In this document: positions 57,599-64,000 of the stretch, piece after piece | Layout of the letters: the number at the start of each line of letters is the position of its first letter | How positions within the stretch are numbered: the stretch's first letter is position 1 | From: Saprolegnia diclina VS20 | Taxonomy: Eukaryota | DNA length: 64,000 nucleotides | Reading direction: 5' to 3' | Assembly (NCBI RefSeq): GCF_000281045.1 | Contig: NW_008246138.1 | Location: forward strand, 160,734 to 224,733 | The notes under the pieces: generated by a model | What the model saw: the letters and a program-made list of their open reading frames with translations, nothing else | What the model was told of the DNA's origin: nothing | Database searches by the model: none | Position numbers and translations under genes: made by a program

Positions 57599-59131
57599 AT
57601 GCTCCGCCACTTGTCGCTCTCGGCGTACGTCTGGACGTTCGGCGCGTACCTCGTCGTCTGGATCGCCTTGAGCATCTCGATCCTGCACATGCTCGAAGTT
57701 GACTACAGCAGCACCTTCTTCGCGCCCAAGACGCCGGCGCCCAGGGCGCGTGCCTACCACGAGCGCCGCAACATCTCGGTCGACGACGCGTTCCTCGAGC
57801 TCTACAACTTTAGCAGCTGCTACCGCCAAGTCGACTATGGCATCGTCGACGCGATCCAAGCCAAGGAGCTTTGCAGCCGCGACGACGACAGCACGTCCAT
57901 TACGCACTTACCAGGCGACGGGCTCTGGACCGATGGCTCCGTATGGCGCAACTTTGGCCTCGACATGCGTGGTGCTACTGCCATGGCGCTGATCAAGAAC
58001 CCGATCGAGGATGACGACGGGTACGACCCACGCTACAAGGCGCAGCCCAACCGCGTCCTGTGCGGTCAGTGTGCGCTTCAGGATCCGACCGCACTGTCCT
58101 CGCTCCTCGCCCACGTCTTTCCGCAGCATGCAAACGAGTCGACGCCCGAGTGGCGCTGCAACCAGCGCGAACGCGTCGTCTACGACACGGAAATCAAGGA
58201 GCGCGCGATCATCGTTGCGCGCAAGGACGCCACGAACCCGTACTACCTTCTCTCGGCAGCCATCAACGCCTGGGTCGTCGCGACACACCAACTGCAGTGG
58301 TCGCCATCGACGACGCGCGTCGTCTTCCTCGATGATGCTGGGCGCATGGAGTACGACAGCATCTTTCAGAAACTGCTAAGTCCGGCCCACGACGTTATCT
58401 ACGGCACAGACCTCGTCGGGAAGCGCGTCGGCTTTCCCAACGACGCGCTCTTCGTACCCTTTGAGCACTTTGGTCCACTCACGCAGCATCTCGACGACGA
58501 GCAGCCGTGCTTTGAGAGCTACCTCCTCCAAGACTTTCGCGATGCTGCCTTTGACGCGTTCAAGGTGCCCCGGGTCACGCACAGCCCCGTGCACGACGCG
58601 ACGCGGGCTTGTGTTGTGACGATCGTGTCGCGGCGCCCCGTGCGCGGCCGCAACGTCAACCGCATGTGGGCCAACGAGGACGACGTACTGCGGGCGATGC
58701 AGGACAAGTACGGGCGCCACTGTCGGTTCCAGGCCGTGGATTTTGCCACCAAGTCGATGGCCGACCAGATCGCACTCATCGCCGATAGCCGCGTCATCAT
58801 CGGGATGCACGGCGCGGGCCTCTCGAACGTGCTCTTTGCGGCCGCGCACGCGTACGTGATTGAGATTTTCCCGCTTTTGACCGAGAAGTTTGGGTACCGG
58901 AATCTGTGCCAGTACCTCGGCCTCGAGTACATTGCGGTGCGCGACGGCATCGACACGATCTGGCCGACGCAGCACAAGACGATCGCGCTGGACGAGTGGT
59001 TCCGGACGTTCGACTTGGTCATGGACGTCGTGCTGCGCGCGCAGGCCAAGACTGCATACGAGCAGCGCAAGGCGATTCAGCGCAAGATCCACCGCAGGCA
59101 TATCCTCGACGACGAATTTCCCGACGTCTAA
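57599..59131 (+). CDS. Glycosyltransferase family 61 (EOGT/xylosyltransferase-like), type II membrane protein, intronless
   Basis: N-terminal TM anchor; VTIVSRR...RMWANEDDV; VDFATKSMADQIALIADSRVIIGMHGAGLSNVLF; VIEIFP; YRNLCQYLGLEY. Confidence 0.9.
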   Translation: MLRHLSLSAYVWTFGAYLVVWIALSISILHMLEVDYSSTFFAPKTPAPRARAYHERRNISVDDAFLELYNFSSCYRQVDYGIVDAIQAKELCSRDDDSTSITHLPGDGLWTDGSVWRNFGLDMRGATAMALIKNPIEDDDGYDPRYKAQPNRVLCGQCALQDPTALSSLLAHVFPQHANESTPEWRCNQRERVVYDTEIKERAIIVARKDATNPYYLLSAAINAWVVATHQLQWSPSTTRVVFLDDAGRMEYDSIFQKLLSPAHDVIYGTDLVGKRVGFPNDALFVPFEHFGPLTQHLDDEQPCFESYLLQDFRDAAFDAFKVPRVTHSPVHDATRACVVTIVSRRPVRGRNVNRMWANEDDVLRAMQDKYGRHCRFQAVDFATKSMADQIALIADSRVIIGMHGAGLSNVLFAAAHAYVIEIFPLLTEKFGYRNLCQYLGLEYIAVRDGIDTIWPTQHKTIALDEWFRTFDLVMDVVLRAQAKTAYEQRKAIQRKIHRRHILDDEFPDV

Positions 59132-59777
59132 TAAGATCTGGAGCATAAGCTCCTATTGGGTGTCGACACTCAGCTGCCAACGATCGACTGCAGACGACGC
59201 CTGTGACGGAGACGCCGGGTAGTTTTCCGTTAGCTACGGGGGCGGTGTTACTGCCACTGCGCCCACGAGAGGGAGCGACGAGGGACGAGGCAGCAGTGCG
59301 AGTCAGCGTCGTTCTCGTTGTCACTGTCGCCGGTCGGAGATTGTTGCGGCTGTCGTACTTCTGCTGACTCGTGGTACGTACGGTGCACGAGTGGACCGCA
59401 ACATCGGCACTCAACAAGTACCCACGCGCCTGTCCGTCGAGAGGCAAGGAAAAGGAGCTGCGAGTGGCCAGCGTCCAAGCTACTCTGGTTGAAGTATACA
59501 GAGAGTGGCCACCACCCAACGCGGCACGAGGACGGACGTCCATCGATGGTCGCACGTAGGAGACCCAAGGTGGACAATGACGCAGCTCCGTACGCGAGTT
59601 AGTAGCAAGGGAATTTGCTGTTTTGTTGCCTTGGTTAGTATCCACACCACGATGTGCCCCACCCATTGGCGCGCCTGGGAGAGATATTGAAATGCGATTG
59701 GCCAAAATACCGCATGCTTTTCAAAGACGAGCCAATGAGCGCGTGGTTGCCTGGTTGGCAGCACTTGCGCTTCGACG

Positions 59778-60450
59778 ATGGCCCGCCGCCTGCCCAACAT
59801 CCTCGTCACGGGGACCCCTGGCACGGGGAAGACGACGATGAGCCAAATGCTCGCGGTGCGCTACGCCCTGAGCTATTATTTGTATAAGCTAATGCCTGCT
59901 CGAGTAGGAGAAGATGCAGTTCCGCAACATCAACGTTGGCGACCTCGTGCGACTCGGATCCAAGCGGACTGCACATGGCTCACGCGCGGTGTAGGTCAAG
60001 CAGCACAGCCTCCACTCGGGCCGCGACGAAGACTTCGACTGCTTCGTCCTTGACGAGGACAAGGTCGTCGACGAGATGGACGATGTCATGAGCTCGGGTG
60101 ACGGCGGCGTGATTGTGGACTTTCACACGTGCGACTTTTTCCCCGAGCGCTGGTTCGACCTCGTACGTCGTTGCGCGATCGACTCGAAATGAGTTATAAG
60201 TGCATAGGTCGTTGTGCTGCGCTCGGACAACACGACGCTCTTTGACCGGCTCGTCGCCCGCGGCTACTCGGAGAAAAAGGTCCAGGAGAACGTCGAGTGC
60301 GAGATCATGCAGGTCGTGCTCGAGGAAGCGCAGAGCAGCTACGAGCCCGAGATTGTGCAGGAGCTCTCGTCCGTCTCGATCGAAGACATGGAGTCCAACG
60401 TCGCCCGCGTCATGGCTTGGGCCCAGCACTGGATCGAAAACAACCAATAA
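59778..60450 (+). CDS. AK6: Adenylate kinase isoenzyme 6 (Fap7/hCINAP), 3 introns
   Basis: PNILVTGTPGTGKTT, HINVGDLV, LDEDKVVDEM, IVDFHTCDFFPERWFDLV, LFDRL..RGYSEKKVQENVECEIMQV. Confidence 0.93.
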
Positions 60451-60488
60451 AGATCTTCTTCTACTGTACAGCAATCTCGTCGACAGCA

Positions 60489-61600
60489 TCACGGATACAC
60501 GTGCAGCTTCTCGAGCTGCGTGACCATGTCAAAGCCCCCTGAACGCACGCGCCGCGCGTCGCGGACCATGCGCAACCGTGCCTTGTCGTCCAGCGGCTCC
60601 TCGAAGCGCACCGACTTGGCGCGTCCGCGTAGCTCCTCGACGACCGGCGTCGGCTCGTCCACAAACCCTGCGCCATAGTATCGTATTCTCGTTTGTGCAA
60701 GCACGAGATACCCGTCGTGGCCTTGTACGCATTCAGACTCTCTCGCAGCCGTCGGCTCTCGGCCATGCGCTTCCGCGTTGCTTTGCCCGACTTGTCAATG
60801 TCGGCGAGGTCGACCTAAAGCCACGCGATGGCCAAACTCGCGGTGTCAAGGTACGCGTACGGTTTCGACGTGCACGGCGCGCTTGATGCCGCCTTTGATG
60901 AGCTCCTCGTGGAAGATCTTGTCTGTCGTGAAGGAGCTGTCGAGGGGCAGCTTGAAGGCCATGTCGTACTGGAACGAGTATGATGCAAGTGTATATACCA
61001 CCGGCTGTGTACCTTTTCCATGAGGACCTGGTTCTCTGTCTGCTGAGGCAGCGAAAAGTGAAAGACCGCGTCGGTCCAGCGCTCCAGCTGTGGCTGACGG
61101 CTGCCCGCGGTGGCCGGCCGGAACCGTTCGCGCGTGATTTTGCCCGACACCTGAGTCTTCTTCCCGCGCCTTTCCGTGACCTCGGCGAGCTACTCTCACG
61201 CACGTTGGCTACAACCGCACGACGCGCAATATTCACTAGTAGCTAGCGCACGTACCGTGATGCACCGCGTCGCTGGCGCACTGGCCACGTCCCGCTTCGG
61301 TCGCGCCGGCGGGCTCTCGACATAGCCAGGCTCATTCTTCCACCACGCACTTGCCGGGAGCGGTGCCACGACAGTCTCGGGTGCCAACGCAGCGCTCGCC
61401 TCGACCTGCGCAGCTCGGCGCTCGTCCAGAAGCGCGGACCGCGTCCGCCGCTTGGCCGGCGTCCCACTCTCGACAGCCGTCGCTCGTGGTGATCGACTGT
61501 CTCTGTCGCCCCGACGTGGGTGCATGAGCCCCGACAGGACGTATTTGTGTCCGCGCGCGACCGCGGGGGTCCTTTTCTTGTGCGCTAGCGTCGCGGCCAT
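60489..61600 (-). CDS. Uncharacterised protein, multi-exon
   Basis: Codon-biased minus-strand segments (MAATLAHKKR..., ERWTDAVFHF...EK|YDMAFKLPLD..., MAESRRLRESL..., YYGAGFVDEP...LHVYP*) separated by GT-AG introns; no recognisable domain. Confidence 0.55.
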
Positions 61601-62814
61601 TGCGCGGTTCTCTTCCCACCGCGCGTCCTGCAGCTCTCGCCGCGTCGCGTGCGCTGGCTACACAGAGCGCCATCGTCGACAGCACCACCCAGGAAGCGAC
61701 GTACGGTGTGCGCCCACGCCTCCGGGCCCATGGGCGCGATAGGAGGCGGCCGCGTCATGACCTCGTTTCGCAGCTGAAAATAGCTTCAAGGCAGTCCGTG
61801 ATTGGTATATCCAGTGCCATTACACCCCCTGCAAGGCGCGGCAACCTCGGACGCACCGTGTTGTTTAGTATGGTTGACGGCGTATGTGCGCCCGCAAGAA
61901 GAGAGTGCCACACCGTGTTTACGTCGCGACGCTGGCTCGTTACGCAAGAAGGTCTATCGTAAAGCCGGCTACTCTTGGTGTCTCTCGCAGAGACGGATGC
62001 TGGGTGCTTACGACCGATCGCCGACAATGCACTTTGAGTTTGCCCATTGCTTTCGGATGTCGAGGCGCGTCGTCCGTTGTGCCGTGTGGTAATAGCTACT
62101 CGCGATCAACCACAGCAGGTACCGGCATGCGTATCCAGCGGTGATTTCTTTCTTTTTGTAACACATCGGTGGTGGCCTCTCGTTCAACATCTCGGGCGCG
62201 TGTGGGAGCTATGTGCGTGGTACTCGAAAACTCAGAACCAAGCGGCAGCTGCCTTTCCGCAGCAGCTGCTTTGCGCTTTGGAGCTTACCCCGAGGGTAAA
62301 AACGAGACGCCGGCTCTCTACCTACATTTTCACACATTGCGAGAGATGCACGATGCTTCTTCATCGTCGTCCGCGGGCAAGCGACAGCAATGACGGAGCA
62401 TGGTGTCGACCACGATCACCGCCGCCCGTCCTACCTTATACATGTAAAAGCACTCGAGTTCACAAGCCTTTGACGAAGAAGACAAAGAAGAAGAAGACGG
62501 CGACCTTGCAGAGGCGATCGAATTCGAACGATGACGGCGACGAAGCCGCCATACGCCCGCCATCTGGCAGCTTCGCCACGTCATGGCCGCCACCCAGCGT
62601 GTACATTGTGGGGTTTCTATTTGCGGCCTTTCTGGCGTCCGGGCGCGCCACGTGGCGGGCTGGGTGTTAACCCCATCGGTGGCTACTACGAACCATCTGC
62701 CCAAGTGTTGACAAGAAGCCATGTGGCACTGGGCACAGTGGTCGTATTGTGCGCCCACAAGGCGCTACCCAGCGGTCATTTTCCATTTCCACCCGCCACC
62801 CACATACCCTCAAG

Positions 62815-63279
62815 ATGGTCGCCAAACCGAGCGACGAGCCGCACCACGACGGCGGCAAGTGCCGCTACAAGACGGGCAAGTGCCTCAACGACCGTTCGTA
62901 CAAGCGCAACGGGCAGTTCCACCAGCTCTGCAACTTTCACCGCGAAAAGGCCAACCGCATCCAGCGCAAGTTTGACCGCCAAAAGCGCATCGTGGCCAAG
63001 TCGGCCAAGTCGACCGACAAGAAGACGCTCGGCGAATTGAGCCCGATGACGCACCGCAGCAGCGACGACTTCCTCTCGGACACCGACTCGTGTGGCCGCC
63101 CGTCCACCGACAGCTCGTGCAGTGAAAGCTTCTTCAGCGTCGACGATCTCTGCTGGCAAGAGACCATCAAGATCGAACACACTCTCTGCGCCGAGCCCGT
63201 GCCCGTGCACTCGCCCGAGGCGCACCGTGGCCGCCTCTCGTTCGACGAGCTCGACTTTCTCTGCTCGGCGATCCTCTAA
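62815..63279 (+). CDS. Small C-x5-C...C-x2-H zinc-finger/basic protein (putative transcription factor type common in oomycetes)
   Basis: KCRYKTGKCLNDRSYKRNGQFHQLCNFHREKANRIQRKFDRQKR, followed by a Ser/Asp-rich region and C-terminal LSFDELDFLCSAIL. Confidence 0.8.
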   Translation: MVAKPSDEPHHDGGKCRYKTGKCLNDRSYKRNGQFHQLCNFHREKANRIQRKFDRQKRIVAKSAKSTDKKTLGELSPMTHRSSDDFLSDTDSCGRPSTDSSCSESFFSVDDLCWQETIKIEHTLCAEPVPVHSPEAHRGRLSFDELDFLCSAIL

Positions 63280-63625
63280 CGTCGCTCCGCACCACGTATT
63301 TACATCTACCACACCTCAATCGGAGAAGTGTACCCGTCCTTGTCGTCCACCCGTCGCCGTCCTTGGTCTATATGTCTAACTGCTATTATCCATGTCTCGT
63401 CCATTGTGCTCTTCCAACGACCTCTCTTGCTGTCATGCGCACCCACTCTCCGTGACCTCGGATGGGTGGCAGGAGCTTTCTCGCCCGAGCGGGATGGGCA
63501 CGAAGCACTGCTACTGCTGTGCCAGACACGCGTATGTGTACCAATGCACGGTGCGAACGTGAGTCATCGTTGCTACTACTCTGCGTAAATATTCATCTTT
63601 TTAGTTGAGCAATATAAAATGCTAG

Positions 63626-64000
63626 CTAGCGTTGGAACTCATCGACCGCGGCCAAGGCGAGCAAGACGCCGAGGACGACAATCGAAAAGTCCCGGAACGA
63701 CTGGCGCCACGACGGCGCAACGCGCGGCCGAACGGCAATCTTGGTGTTGGATGTCTGCGCCTTTAGCTGCTGCAGCGCCCGCTGTTTGCGCTGCCAGTTC
63801 GTTGGCGACCCATTGCGGTGCGCCTTCAGCTTGGAAAACGAATTGTACTTGGTCGCAAGTTCCTTGAGCGGGCTCTTCTTGCGCGGGCTGTCGGCCGCCA
63901 TCGCCGGCAGCTCGCACTGAAGCACGTTGAACACAAAGCGCTTGGTCGCGAGCGGTCCGTGGCGCGCCGCCTTCTTGAGCGGACTCGACGGCTCCATGGG
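63626..64000 (-). CDS. Hypothetical tail-anchored membrane protein, probably 5'-truncated by the window edge
   Basis: Basic SP-rich ORF ending in a hydrophobic segment FSIVVLGVLLALAAV just before the stop. Confidence 0.55.
   Translation of the reverse strand, partial: PMEPSSPLKKAARHGPLATKRFVFNVLQCELPAMAADSPRKKSPLKELATKYNSFSKLKAHRNGSPTNWQRKQRALQQLKAQTSNTKIAVRPRVAPSWRQSFRDFSIVVLGVLLALAAVDEFQR

Noticed and set aside
62047..62670. 207-aa plus-strand ORF with a Lys-rich or acidic patch
   Set aside because: Low-complexity GAAGAA tract readable in several frames; no coding-like codon usage over the rest.
1..64000. Transposons, integrated viral genes, prokaryotic operons or defence systems
   Set aside because: No transposase, reverse transcriptase, integrase, capsid or Cas motifs and no long terminal repeats found by eye; genes carry spliceosomal introns.

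Overview
Gene-dense, GC-rich eukaryotic DNA with very short (~40-55 nt) GT-AG introns. An elicitin-like gene, an RWP-RK factor and a C-x5-C...C-x2-H protein of a type common in oomycetes point to an oomycete, probably Saprolegniales (inference). I can support about 25 protein-coding loci, a U4 snRNA (13493-13627), a tRNA-Val with the unusual GAC anticodon (29629-29701) and one 100-N assembly gap. The ORF track splits most genes at introns, and I rejoined exons by hand. The main result is that about 16 separate minus-strand ORFs between 32688 and 55789 join through about 20 in-phase GT-AG introns into one gene of roughly 7,400 aa. The protein has an N-terminal ubiquitin-like module, a very long ARM/HEAT-like solenoid with a possible degenerate cyclic-nucleotide-binding domain, and a C-terminal multi-pass membrane domain. 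Other notable items: an F-box + XPA-like + novel ~60-aa repeat protein; a decaying FkbM-TPR methyltransferase with compensating frameshifts whose stop codon overlaps that of its neighbour; a Plasmodium-type selenium-free thioredoxin reductase; a cysteine-free COX5B; an RWP-RK/Myb fusion; and an NDK-Dpy30-adenylate-kinase-like multidomain protein. All product calls come from motif recognition only; no database searches were run.
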